DNA of 64,000 bases, taken from assembly GCA_028534125.1 (NCBI GenBank), contig CM052816.1:99574001-99638000 (forward strand). The letters are read 5' to 3'. Every line of letters begins with the position of its first letter. Position 1 is the stretch's first letter. Position numbers and translations under genes: made by a program. The notes beneath the pieces are model-generated. The model was not told where the DNA came from. It made no database searches and saw only the letters and a program-made list of their open reading frames with translations. The DNA comes from Lama glama (taxonomy: Eukaryota). Below, in pieces: positions 37,530 through 49,754 of the stretch.

Positions 37530-39040
37530 AGTACATGGTAACACAGGAGCTGCTGCACGTGGATGTATCAACACACCCATGAAACAGAACACAGAGAACC
37601 GGGCACAGTTGTGTGGGGAAATGAACTACACGATGCAGGCGGCACTTCAAATCGGTAGGAAGGAGCAAACTTTCAGTGAGTGGCGTTACAGCAGTGGGAT
37701 AGCTGGCCAGACGGCAAGGTTCAGCTGGACTGATTTATCACCTCATACGTTAGGACGAATTCTAAATTTGCCAGATATCTAGGATGAAAAATGAAGCTAT
37801 CTGAGTAGTAAAAGCAAAACAGATGAATTTCTGCAAAAGTTGAAAGTGAATGATTGATTTATTTGAGGATATTTAAAAAAAAACTCTTGCAAAAATATCT
37901 TTGTTTAAAAATAAAAGCAAGATAAACGAACCTCCTCCACGGTTGCTGGGAATGTGAACTGGTGCAGCCACTATGGAGGACAGTTAAGTTCCTTAAAAAA
38001 CTAAAAATAGACTTACCCTATGATCCAGCAACCCCACTCCTGGGCATGTATCTGAAGAAAACTCTAACTCAAAAAGATACACCCGCCCTAATGTTCACAG
38101 AAGCGCTACATACAACAGCGAAGAAATGGAAAAAACCTAAATGTCTGTCAACAGGTGATTGGATGAAGAAGTGGTGGTATATTTATACAATGGAATACAA
38201 CTCAGCCATAAAAAATGAAATAATGCCCTTGGCAGCAGCATAGATGGACCTAGAAATTATCATACTGAGTGAAGTAAGTCAGACAGAGAAAGACAAATAT
38301 CATATTGTATCATTTATATGTGGAATTAAAAAAATACAAATTCTATTTACAAATCAAAAACAGACTCACAGACCTAGAAAACTAACTCTGGTTACCAAAG
38401 GGAAAAGGGTGGGGAAGGATAAATTAGGGGCTGGGGATTAACAGACACACGTTACTATATACAAATCAGATAAACAACAAGGACCTCCTGCAGAGCACAG
38501 GGAGCTGCATTTAATGTCTTGTAATGACATATAATAAAAAAGAATCTGAAAAGAAACATATATATGTATGTATAACCGAACCACTTTGCCATATACCTGA
38601 AACTAACGTTGTAAACCAACTGCACTTTAATTAAAAGAAAGTGTAAAAACTAAATACACAGGATGAAAAGAACAACAGACAACCAGAAAAAAATTTACAG
38701 TCACGACAGAAAGTTAATATCTCTAGTATGTAAAGAGCTTCCAAAAGCATAAGAAAAAAACCTTATGGAAATGGGCTGGACATATAGATAGAGCATAGCC
38801 CAAAAACGCAGGTAGTACTTGATCACGTGAAGAGATACTAACGTCTCTCATAAATACAGACAACTCAAAAGTACAGTGGAAATCTTTTCTCATTGTCAGA
38901 TCGGCAAACATCCCAAAATCTGACAACAAACTCGGCTGACAAAGCCATGGAAACAGCACTTTCAGTGACTTCTGGCTGAAAGGCCACGATTCAGCTCCTG
39001 GGGGGAGAACCGGGCATCGTCCAGCAGCGTTGCCTGCACG
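37530..39040 (+). mobile_element. Old L1ME-type ORF2 remnant split by a younger L1 (pieces about 37530-37920 and 38645-39040)
   Basis: Degraded ORF2 3' motifs on both flanks: ggcggcacttcaaatcggtaggaaggag, tcacctcatac on the left; aaagagcttcc..aaatgggc..gaagagatactaacgtctctcata, cagatcggcaaacatcccaaaatctgacaa on the right. Confidence 0.6.
37925..38640 (+). mobile_element. L1 (lineage-specific/L1MA-like): ORF2 C-terminus plus full 3' UTR
   Basis: Peptide QPLWRTVKFLKKLKIDLPYDPATPLLGMY...KKWKKPKCLSTGDWMKKWWYIYTMEYNSAIK is the L1 ORF2p C-terminus; it is followed by the 3' UTR and A-rich end. Confidence 0.95.
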
Positions 39041-39479
39041 TTGGACCCAGCGTCCTTGGCTGCTCTGAGCGCCAACATCTGAGTCTTGTTCATGGTTCCA
39101 CGGCGCTTGGACTGAAAGCTTTCCACCGGCCGCGGCTGGCCCAGTGCTACCTCTCACCAGACACACCGCCTGGAGGCTGGTGTTCACCCGAACGCTCAAG
39201 GGGACCCCGTGTTAACTTCCGGGGCCCTGTCTCCATGACACCCCATTCTCTATGTTCTGCCCTGAAAATCTCAATCGCCCGACCCTCCTGGACTCGAATT
39301 TCTCCCACGTCAGCTCAGCGAGACTGCTGCGCAGTTGTGTTTTCATGTTGCATCTCCACCTGAGAAACGTCTCCGAAGAGGAGGGTCCACCTGGCTGGCG
39401 TGTTTGCGTTCTCTCAAGGGTCCCGGTCCTCTCCTGTCTGCTGTTCAATGTTTAGTAATAGCTGTTTCATAAACAGACG

Positions 39480-39770
39480 AAACAGAGGGAGAGAGGTATG
39501 GGCACAGAGAGAGAGAGGGAGAGAGGTGAAAGATAGGTAGGTAAATAGACAGACAGATAGATAGATGAGAGATGGAGGTGGGCAGACAAATAACAGATAA
39601 TAGATACACAGACAGACTATGGAGAGACAACAGAGAAATGGATAGATAATAGAGGTAGATAGGCTGATATAAAATAGAGACATAACAGACAGACAGGCAG
39701 ACAGACAAACAGATATACAGAGATAGACGGTAGACGATTGATCGATGAGACGTAGACTGATAGGAACACA
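39480..39770. repeat. Degenerate (GATA)n/(GACA)n simple repeat
   Basis: agacagacagatagatagatgag...gatagataatagaggtagataggc...agacagacaggcagacagac. Confidence 0.85.
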
Positions 39771-40367
39771 CTCACGGATAACACATGCACACGCAGACAT
39801 GCGTTCATCCGCTTCTATTACAAATAAATAGCAAACTGATAAATCACAACCTATCAACAAGGCTGTGCTGAAATGAGTGAAGACACAGTGTGGCGAAGAC
39901 AAGGACACCCTTGTTTCGGAGATTTAAGGTGGCAACCATGAAAACGCTTCACAGCATCATAAAGCGATTCCTGAAAATCCAAAGAAAGATAAAGCGCGCA
40001 AACCCAACAGTGTGCAGAGTCGGTAAATCTCAGCGAGAGCCTGTGAAGCACAGAAACCTGACTCTTCCCGCAAAACCCGGGCGGGGGGCCTCAGATGCTC
40101 TGGGCAGTTCTGTGGTTTGCGGAGCTGTCACGTTGGCGTGCTCTCCCGGGATGGTTGTGCACCTGCGATGGAAGAAAGCGAAGGAGCACCCGCGGCGGTG
40201 ACACAGAGGACGGGGCTTCTCCGCGGCAAAAAGCAGACCTGAGTGTCGCGTGCTGCGTTCTCCTTGCTTCCTGAGGGAGGGCTGGCCTGGCTCCCTCCTC
40301 ACAGCCAGACGCAGGAGACGCCACGTCTTTTTGGCTTTCTTTCAAGCTGTGGAAGAAGCTGCGTTGT

Positions 40368-40610
40368 CATCATTTAAAAGGGGACCTTGAGCACAGACAC
40401 ACAGGGAGAGCACCGTGAAGCAGAGGACAGGGCTGCAGCTCCATGGGGCCAGAGCAGCGGCCGGACCATAGCCTCCCGCAGCCTCGAGAGACCCAGTCCT
40501 GCCCACACCTCGGCCCAGGCCTCTTGGGCCCCCGCACCGGGAGACCACGTGTTTCTGCGGGTTGAGCCCCGGTCTGTGACATTTGCTATGGCAGCCCCAG
40601 GCAATACCCA
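40368..40610 (+). mobile_element. MLT1B/C-like LTR, 3' half
   Basis: ggggaccttgagcacagacacacagggagagcaccgtgaag...tgtttctgcgggttgagccccggtctgtgacatttgctatggcagccccaggcaatac. Confidence 0.7.
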
Positions 40611-41169
40611 CCCCTCGAGGGCCCCTTTCCAGACCTGCTCCACAGAGGTGACAGCTGCATGGTGTGAGCTCCAGGTGCAGAGCTGAGCCGGGACCGCCAT
40701 GAAGCAGGAGGGCCCCAGAGGGGATATGGATGTGACACAGGAAAGGGAAGAGCCAGTCAAGACGCACTGCCAAGGGCGTGGCCTCCGGGGACCTGGGGCT
40801 CCATCCTGCTGGGAACTGGATGCCAGCGGAACAAATTCATGTCGTCAGGAACAGACGGGGGTGCAGGGCGTCCGTCCACCAGTCCCTGTCAGCGCTGCTG
40901 GGGCCCTGCTGCCGGCACCGAGCCCCCCTGCCCTCAGCCTGCCCATGTGGGGGTCCACAGTCTCCGGGCCAAGTCTGTGGGTGTTGCAGTGAAAAGCCCT
41001 CGGGCATGGGGTGCAGTGATGATTGACAGGGTGCTCCCTGCACGTGAGCCGACACGTTTGTGCACGGGGGATCCGCTGGCACACGGGAGCCCGTGGAAGG
41101 AGGCCCCGTGTGCAGCAGGTGGTCCCAGGCCTTTGTGGACTCCCTCTCCTCTGCGGGGCAGCAGCCCCG

Positions 41170-41678
41170 TGACTCACTTCGGACCCATACGCCTGGCCAA
41201 GGCCCTGGGCTACCGCTCCTGATTATACCACATGGCACTGCAGAGGTGGGGGGACTTCGCTTCCCAGTTAAGGCCCCTGACTTGCTGATTCTATGTTGAT
41301 CCAAGGGGGTTCATCCTGGATGGGCCTGATCTGATCACGTACATCCCTTTAAAGCCGGCCCAGAAGTGAGAGGTTTGAAGCCACAGAGACACGCCTTTGC
41401 TGGCTTTGAAGAAGCCAGCTGCCACGAGTTCTACAGGGAAAGGGAAGTGGACTGCGCCAGCCACCTGAGATCTCAGAAGGGGTCCTGCCCTGGATGAGGA
41501 GGGGGACAAGCCCGGATGAGACGGCAGCCCAGCCAGCACCCGGACTCCCCTGCGGGAGGCCCGCCTCAGCAGAGCGCTCAGCGGAGCTGCGCCTGGACGC
41601 CTGGCCCACAGGGATGAGAACACAGTTAAGTTAAAGCTTGTGGTGATTTCTCAGCCAGCGAAGGAATGGAACACAGAC
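41170..41678 (+). mobile_element. MLT1E/D-like MaLR LTR
   Basis: tcatcctggatgggcctgatctgatca...cccttt aaa...ttgctggctttgaagaagccagctgccacgagttctacag...gatgagacggcagcccagccagcac...cctggcccacagg. Confidence 0.75.
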
Positions 41679-43734
41679 GTACTCGTGAGGGGAGACTGAC
41701 TGGCAGAGATGAAGGAGGGGGAGGAAAAATGAGAGACAAGGAAAGAGAAACAAGCACATTTCCCCACCTGTGTGCTGTTACACGCTTGTTTGAATACGCG
41801 TTGTTTTAAAATAAAATAGGAAAATAATTTACCAGTTTAAGAACTTAACGAGCTCCACTGAGATTCATCCAGAGACAACTATGTGTTCATACAATGTAAC
41901 AATTTTCTTCATTAAAAGAGAAAAAACAGAGCCCACTTAGTTAAATGTTTTAAAGATAGAGCAGCGTGTGAGCCTGAGGCAGGCGAGCTGTGTGTTCAGA
42001 TACGCACCGTCTTGTGGACGCGGGATCCAGACACGTGGCCGTCCACCCGCAGTGCTGCTGCCGCCGCCGACCCTCTTCCTGGGAACACCGTGTATCTCCC
42101 AGAAGGAGGGAGCGGGCTTTGCTCCTCCAAGCTCATCATTTGCTTCTCTGAGCCACAGCTGGGATTGCAGATCAACACAGAGTGAGGTCCTGAAGTAGAA
42201 TCAAAGCTGCACAGTGGCCGGGGTGATGGAGGAAGCACAGGGGAATTACGGCGACGTCATCCCGCGCATTTTGGACCTAAGCCACGCAACGTCTAAACAA
42301 CCAGCTGAACGCCGTCGCAATGCCTTCCCGTCCCAGGAGCATCCTTGGAATTGATTCAGTGTCCTGCGTCCTGGATGTAAGCTAGGAAAGTAGATTGGAA
42401 GGGGTGGGTTGCAGATAGGGGAGAGGAGGAGGAAGTGCAGGCAGCACGTGGGCAGCAGGCTGGCCAGGTCCTGCCCCTGGAGGTGGCCCAGCACCCACGA
42501 CCATGATCCTTCATTATCAGGGGCTCACCCAACAGCTGGCGAAGGAGAAACGGGTTCAGCTCGGTTTCTCAGCCCACCTTAGGTCTTGCCAGATCAAAGC
42601 TGCTTTAACCCAGTGTCTGAGTCCAGGACCACTTTTAAGATATGAAAGAGGTGTTCACCCACCCCCCTACCATGGTGCATTGTGAGAAAATTGGATTTAG
42701 TTACTGCAATGAGATAACTGCAGAAGCAATCAATGAGGTGAGCTTGTCATCCACATTGCCCGGCTGGCGGGTCTCTTCAGCTATGTCTACGTGGGCATGA
42801 CAAAATAGCATTTGCAAAATGCTGGAGGCTTATTCTGCCTTCACAGATGACTCTTATAGAATATTGACTGTCCTTGCCCAGAAAGCACTGGGATTCCCTC
42901 ACCTCAGCTCTGCTTGCCCCCGTCCCTACATCTGAAACCCCATCAAAACTAGGATCCGGTTAACAGCTCCTGACCAGCGGGCATCCAGGCTCCTGGCACC
43001 CTGTGGTTCCTGTCAGTGAACACCTGTGCATTCCATTTACCAGGCGGCCCACACGCCTCCCTGGCTCAGGACAGTCACAGAGACCACTCTCTAATGTAGC
43101 TCAGCCTCTTGTGCCTGAGTTTGAAAATGTGCATTTGAAACATGACTTTACAATCAAGTAACCCTCAATTACAGATGAGGTGAGATCTTGCAGTTTGCCT
43201 GTCATTTACCCGGTTGACAAATTCCGGGGACAGGAGAAGTGCAGTGCGTATATCCTGCCCTTTAAGAAAAGCCCCTTCGGTGTAGCTCGTTCAGGGTCCC
43301 AAGTATCCCAGCTCCATGTGTCCACTGTGTATTCTGATGTTTGACCACACGTTGAAGATGACCACACGACAATTAACTTTCATAAACCAAAAGCTGCATT
43401 TTGGCAAGTTGAAGTCATCCATTTGTTAGCATCTAAGTGGGGAACTGAGTTTCTCAAGAGGCTGGTGGCCCCATCGCTGTGGGAAGTAGAGGGGGCTGAG
43501 GCCATTAGATTTTTTTCTGGATAAGAAGAAGGAACAGTGGGGGCTGTTTCTGTCCAACACAAGCTGTCTGGGGATGTGAGTGACTTGCACAGTCTTCCCA
43601 AGACAGACGCCATCAGCTCGTAATCGAGTTTTTTCCTCTCTTCCTAGGTGCACATCACAGTCAGAAGCCCCAAACGGCCAGGGCATCCCACGACGCTTTC
43701 CACACAGGGCGGTGCTCCATCCTCATACAGCATG

Positions 43735-44172
43735 TGTGTTCGTTTCCTGGGTGGCTGAAACAAGCTACCACACACTGGGTGCCTTAAAACAACATAAATT
43801 TAGTTTCTCACAGATCTAGGAGCCAAAGTCCAAACTCAAGATGTCCACAGGGCCATGCCCATATGGAGACTCTGGGGAGGATCTCCCCCTGGCCTCTCTC
43901 CTGACTTCTGCTGCTTTGCTGGCCATCCTCTGTGCCCCTTCTTGTGGCCACAGAGCTCCAGTCTTCACGTGACATCCTCTCTGTATGGCTGCCTGGGTCC
44001 AAATTTCCCATTTTTGAAGGGACACCAGACACATTGGATTAGGGACTCACCTTAAGGACCTCATCTTACCTTGATCATCTGCAAAGACCCTATTTCCAAA
44101 TAAGGTCACACGCACAGGCACTGGGATCAGGGTGTCAACCTATCTTTGGGAGAAACAATCCACCCTGTAACA
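43735..44172 (-). mobile_element. MLT1C-like MaLR solo LTR
   Basis: tgtgttcgtttcctgggtggctgaaacaagctaccacacactgggtgccttaaaacaacataaatt...catctgcaaagaccctatttccaaataaggtcaca...aatccaccctgtaaca. Confidence 0.9.
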
Positions 44173-44234
44173 GTGGCCGCATCGCTGGTCGGAAGTGCCT
44201 TTGTAAGAACCACTCGGAGAAGTCGACCTGAACA

Positions 44235-44510
44235 TAGGAGAATACCATGGTTACCAAAGGGAAAGGGCGGAGAGGGATAAATTAGAGGTTGAGGATTAAC
44301 AGATACACACTACTATATATAAACTAGGTAAACAACAAGGACCTACTGTAGAGCACAGGGAACCATATTCAACTTCTTGCAACAACAAATAATGGAAAAG
44401 AATCTGTAAAGAAAATCTATCACGTATGTGTATGTATAACTGAACCGCTTTGCAGTACATCTGAAAGTAACATTGTAAATCAACTACACATCAATAAATT
44501 TTTTTTTAAA
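44235..44510 (+). mobile_element. L1 3' terminal fragment
   Basis: atggttaccaaagggaaagggcggagagggataaattag...aacaacaaggacctactgtagagcacagggaac...cattgtaaatcaactacacatcaataaa. Confidence 0.92.
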
Positions 44511-47500
44511 GAAGGACAGTGAACACAAGGTGACTTTGTTTTAAGGACCCATGACACCCCACCTGGACAGGTGACTTTCCATTAAACACCTGAGAGGCTA
44601 GGCCAGGAACCGGACGAGTACCTGGTGACCCCCATGGGCTGGGTCAGGGAAGGAGAAGGCTCCGGGCCTGCTGAGAACCTGACACGCTCTCCTGATCTCT
44701 GCCCAAGAGTCAGTGAGCACTTGGTTGCTGGCTGACACAAGTTTCAAAGGAATGCCCGCGCTCACCTGTTACAGGTTCACCCCAGGCTAGACTTCACTGA
44801 GCATCCCAGGACGTTCCCTCCCGGGGGCTTCACTGCACTCAGATGCTGAAACTGGCGTGGGGCGGAATGGTGGTAAATGTCCGAACCAAGAGGAAACAGT
44901 CCTAGGAGGCTGAATTCTGCTCCCCCTGCTTCAGCCTGAGGGGCACCCAGCAGCAGACCCCGGGCTGCACACATTTCATTTTTAAAAACATCGTGACAGA
45001 TGATGTTTTCACTTTATTTTCCAATTATAGGGTCTTGGGGGAAATGTCGGGCTGTTTAAGGAGCTTTGTGCAGAGGTGGTATTCTGGTAGTACTTTTTCG
45101 ATCAGTTTTCGGTCTTGGCTTCACACAGTGTCATCGTGGTCTCTCTGTGATGTGTGGGAGGGAAATAGAAGTCAGCGCTGTTCTGTGTGTTTCCGTTTTT
45201 GCTAGCTCAGGCGATCGGGAGAAAAAAAATACCATCAAACAGCAACAGGTAGAGGCCAGAAGACAGAAATCGAGCCTGGGAACATCGGCAGGGGCTACGC
45301 GGCTGCGCTCAGCACGACGTGGCGGCGGGGACTCGCGTTTGGCCGCATCCTCTAACTGATCGCTCCGCTTTCAAAAATGTGAATCATTCCAGAAAAGTGA
45401 CTCCCTTCCTTGTTTCCTATTTCAATGACCTTTCAGTATGCTTTTACTCCCCACGGTTTGTTCTCTTCCATTGTAGGCTGGCTTGCCTCTTAAATCGCCT
45501 CCACAATTGGGATTCACGTTTCAAAAACCCTGTGTTCCTCCGGAGCTCACAGGTCTCCTTACCCTTCCCCCTCCAGGGAAGCCAAGGCACCCAGAGCCTT
45601 CGAGGTGACAACATCCTCCTCATCCTCCGGGACCCCCCACAGCCGGCTTCTCTCCAGGGTCCCGGCTGTGCAAAGCGTCCAGTTGTCCCCTGAGGAAATG
45701 CATTAATTTAACAAGCTGATTTATATGTGAACACATCCTCCTGGAGAAACGAACAGATTCAAAACAAGCAACGAGTTCAGAAAGCCCATTAGTTAAAGTT
45801 CATAAATTGTCAACCGTAAACTTGTCTGTTTCCTCCATTTGCGGGGGTGATAGGGCCTATCTGGCCATCAGTAAATACAGTGATCTTAAACGCTGCAATT
45901 AATTAAATTTGTTTTTATAATAAATCTAGTCAATAGTTTACCTGATGATGGAAACTTCTGTCTTGTCTCTCTCAACAAGGTGCTAAAATTAAAAAAATAC
46001 ATATTTTCGTTTGCTAAGAAAGCTGTCCCCCAAGAATTCAGTGTTGTGCACTGTCAGCTATTCAAAATGAGCACGGGTTTACTGAGTGCCTGCGCCACGC
46101 CAGCGAGCATGCTTGGTGCCTTACACACGATCTCATGGAAAGCGGAATGAGTTATGAGACATATGTGAACAAAACCAGTATTCCAGTTCGTTCGGCCCTC
46201 CCGTATTTGTGGCTGTTGAATATTTTCTCCCTCCTCCTTCTGTAATCAGCTACAGTGTGTTCTTTATGGTGGCCTGGAGGCCACTGGGAGCTGTTTTGGT
46301 GCGACTGCATCCAGCAGCCCCAGGCTTCAGCTTCTCTCTTTCTGTACATGGCAGGAGTGTCACCTAGGAGGCAGCGCACGAGTAAATGACGAGCATATTT
46401 ATAGGTCAAACGTTTTGAAGCTGAAGTCATTTTAAGGCAACGTACTGAGTCCTGACAGGTCTCAAGGTCAGGGGAAAATACCTTAATCACACAAGTAACA
46501 GGGGCTTTATAAAAAAGAAAAAAGACAGAAAGAAAGGGAAAAAGAAAAAACAGCGCTGTGATGAAATCCAGCAAGCGTGTCCCAGCTCCGCGTGGAGATT
46601 TATGCTCCAGGAATGCATCTGCTTCATGTTATCTTGGCCATGTCAGTGTCTGTATCACCCTCCTGATAGCACATGCCTCAGACAGAGAGAGGAGGCTGGA
46701 TGGGAAGGATCTTGAACTTGTCAAAACAGCTTTTCTCCTCAGTTACTCTGCCTGCCACTTCATCCAACGCTGGCGTAGCCCCGCTGCCGTGGCCGCTCTT
46801 TCAAAGACTTGTCCACCCTGATCTCACCCACGTCCTGCACAGAAGTGTTCCTCCGTGCCTCCACGTGGCTCTAAGTCTCTGCCAGCAGGGCCATGCTGTC
46901 TACTAACTGGCTAATCAGGAGGCGGGGGGAGCAAGCATGCCCTCAACACGCAGTCCTCCCGACGGCAGGCGCCCTGCACATTCAGAGCTGGGCTGCGGGC
47001 CGGCGGTTACACTCAGCAGCCCCTCCTCCTTATCTTCTGCATCAGATTTGGCTTATTTCGTTCAGCACGGCGTGAACCCGCTGGAGCGGTGAGCTGGATC
47101 CACCCTCGACCTTGAAGCCTGCTTTCCCGGTCTCACGCCCCCTCCCCTGCTGGCGTCTGCTTCCAGGGCTGGGCAGGGGGGCCCTGCTTTGGCGCGTGTG
47201 CCTTGCCTTGCAATTTCATGTTCATTCCCTGCACGTGTCCTTCTTCCCCGAGATGGGCTGCGTCACATTCGCTTATGGTGTTTTTAACACCCAATGAAAG
47301 ATGCAGTCTGCAAGTCGAGTTTGTAAAATTCTGAGCACCATACCTGGGGAAGAACTCAGGAAGTTATCAAGAATTCCCTTTGAACTTGATTTGACTTCCC
47401 CCAACATGAGTCAGACTCTCACTGGGGACCATGCTGATAGACTGGGACTCTGGTCCTGCCTCCCGGCTGAGGTGGAGATTTCCACTCATCTGGACAAATG

Positions 47501-48784
47501 TGTCTCCTGGTGTTGCTTGTAAACACCATTCTGTTTGCCAGTAAGGATGCTGAGCCCACAACAGGGACAGTCCAAGGCCCAAGGGAGGCAGAGCCAGACA
47601 CGGACAGGTGGCAGCAACGCCCCAGCCTCCCCCTCCACTGCGTGGGGCTCCGCTTTGCCATGAGATGACTCTTCTCCAGGAGCAGAAAGCAAACGCCAGC
47701 CCCTGCCTTCCCCACAGTCTTCTCTCTGATTCACGAGGAAGGGGAATGGAACACTCTAGACCCCTGTCCATTACCAGGGTGACCCTCGCTTTCTCCGAAC
47801 AGCTGGACACTGTGAACGCCCTCCTCGTGGGGTTCATGTGAGCATGCAAGCGTGAACACAACACAGACAGGGGTAAACCACCTGCCTCATCACGCTGACT
47901 GTTCGTACGCGCACTGAAGACTACGAGACAAACTCCGAAATTCCAGCACCTTCAGGTGGTGTGACATCGACGGAAAGTCCCTCTTCAAAGCCACAGCAAG
48001 GGACACAGACATAGCCAGTGACAGTCACGTTGGATGGTCAGTGCAGTTACAGCAGCCGGGTCTGGTCCCGAACAGCCACACGTGACAACAGCTCCCTCTT
48101 TGGAGCTCACTTTCCCGCCGAGAGCTCCCCGCCAAGGCCTCTCCATGCCCAGAGCCTCAGCCTGCGAACCACTCAGACCCCAGGCTGCTGACAGCACATG
48201 TGGTCTCACAGGGTCGGCCCACGAGTGCCTGACTCTCCTTTGCAGTCACAAGGGGGTGGCTGAGCGTGCCTGAGCGGACCCTCTGAGTCACCGCCACACG
48301 GCAAACGGCAATGCACGCTGACGAAGTCAGTAGGACACATTTGACCCACAGCACCTCCCGCCCCAGTCGAGCCGGGCGGTCAGGAGAGGCAGCTCCGTGG
48401 GAACCTGACGGCCAGTTGGGGGAGCACGGCGCTCGGATCACCATGGCGACAGAACGCAGATGCGCCTTCCAGGACTCTGATGGGCCGGAACACAGGTGAG
48501 GACTGGGAGGTGAAGCGCACGTGGATGGAAGTGGGGACAAGGCAGAAGCCGTGACTGACGAGGTGCAGGAGCACACGCGGCTGCATCTTCAGGATGCAGT
48601 GCAGCTGTGGTCCCAGGTCAAAAGCCCTGGCCGCCGCGCGCGTTCAGCTAGTGTGCAGTGACCAGCCCCGCGTCCCGCTCCCACCTGGGGGCCGGGACAC
48701 TCCTGTCCTCTCCCAGCAGCCAGTGGTCCTGGCCTGTCCAGTGATGCCCTCTTTCCTTTTATGATGAAAAAAACAAACACAAAA

Positions 48785-48860
48785 AAAGAGGAAGCAGAAG
48801 TGGGAGGAAGAGGAAGCAGAGGTGGAGGAGGAGGAAGAAGACGAGGAAGAGAAAGGAAAG
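48785..48860. repeat. (GAG/GAA)n purine-rich simple repeat
   Basis: gaggaagcagaagtgggaggaagaggaagcagaggtggaggaggaggaagaagacgaggaagag. Confidence 0.8.
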
Positions 48861-49652
48861 CCCCGCTGGGTCATGATTAAAACGTGAGAAACTGTGTAAC
48901 ATCACGCGAGGTTTAGAAGAAAGTGAGGGGCGTGTTTCCAGTCTCAGAGTGGAACCGGCTTTTCAAGCAAGGCACTCAGTCTAAGAGCAGACTTAATCAT
49001 GCCAACAGGTAAAACCTGATGTGAGAAAAGTAACTGAAACAAAGCTCAGAGCCAACACATCAGTAGAAAACACGTTTATGATGGAAATGGAGGAGCACAT
49101 GGTTTACAGGGCCAGGTAGCCCCGAGAGTTTCAGCGAGCGCGTGCGGGGGGCTTCGCCCGTGCGCCAGCCCACGTGAGCAGGTCAAGCAGCGCGAGAAGC
49201 TGGCACCGAGGCCTGGATCCATCTGCATATAGAACTGTGTCAAAATCACTGTGCTTACGATGGTGGTGGGAAACAAACAAGCCGCTGTAATTCGTGAAAA
49301 GATCTACGCGGTATCACAGTGATGATACTTTAAACAGCATGGGCTGGGCCTGAGACTCCTGCGCACTGAAAGGCAGAGGCGGAGGCGCGGGCTGGTCGGA
49401 AGGGAGCTGCAGCCCGTCTGTCTGCTCTCCGGCTCGGGGTTTGCGCAGACTGCGTTCAGAAGCTGAGGACGAGAAACACAGGCACTTCAGGGGTTGAATC
49501 ACAAGACTTTTCATTAAATACACGTCCTGAGCCTCGGCCAGCGGTGCTTCTGTGCCCCCAACAGGGAAAGGGGTGCAGTGTCTGTAGCAACGCAGGTGGT
49601 TGGTTCCCAGCATTTCTCTTCCAAATACGAGAAGCACCACTTCCTAGGCAGC

Positions 49653-49754
49653 TCCTGACCCTGAACTTAAATCTAAACCTGACCCTGACCCTGAACCTGA
49701 CCTTAACCCTAACCCTAACCTTAACCCTGACCTTTTCCCTGACCCTGACCCTAA
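49653..49754 (-). repeat. Interstitial telomere-like hexamer array (CCCTAA/CCCTGA variants, 17 units)
   Basis: In-register hexamers: tcctga ccctga acttaa atctaa acctga ccctga ccctga acctga ccttaa ccctaa ccctaa ccttaa ccctga cctttt ccctga ccctga ccctaa. Confidence 0.85.

Noticed and set aside
37962..38441. ORFs with real protein similarity
   Set aside because: They are the L1 ORF2p C-terminus and 3' UTR of a truncated retrotransposon, not a host gene.
39414..39908. Hydrophobic Leu/Ser/Ile-rich ORFs resembling membrane proteins
   Set aside because: Translation of the antisense (TCTA/TCTG)n simple repeat.
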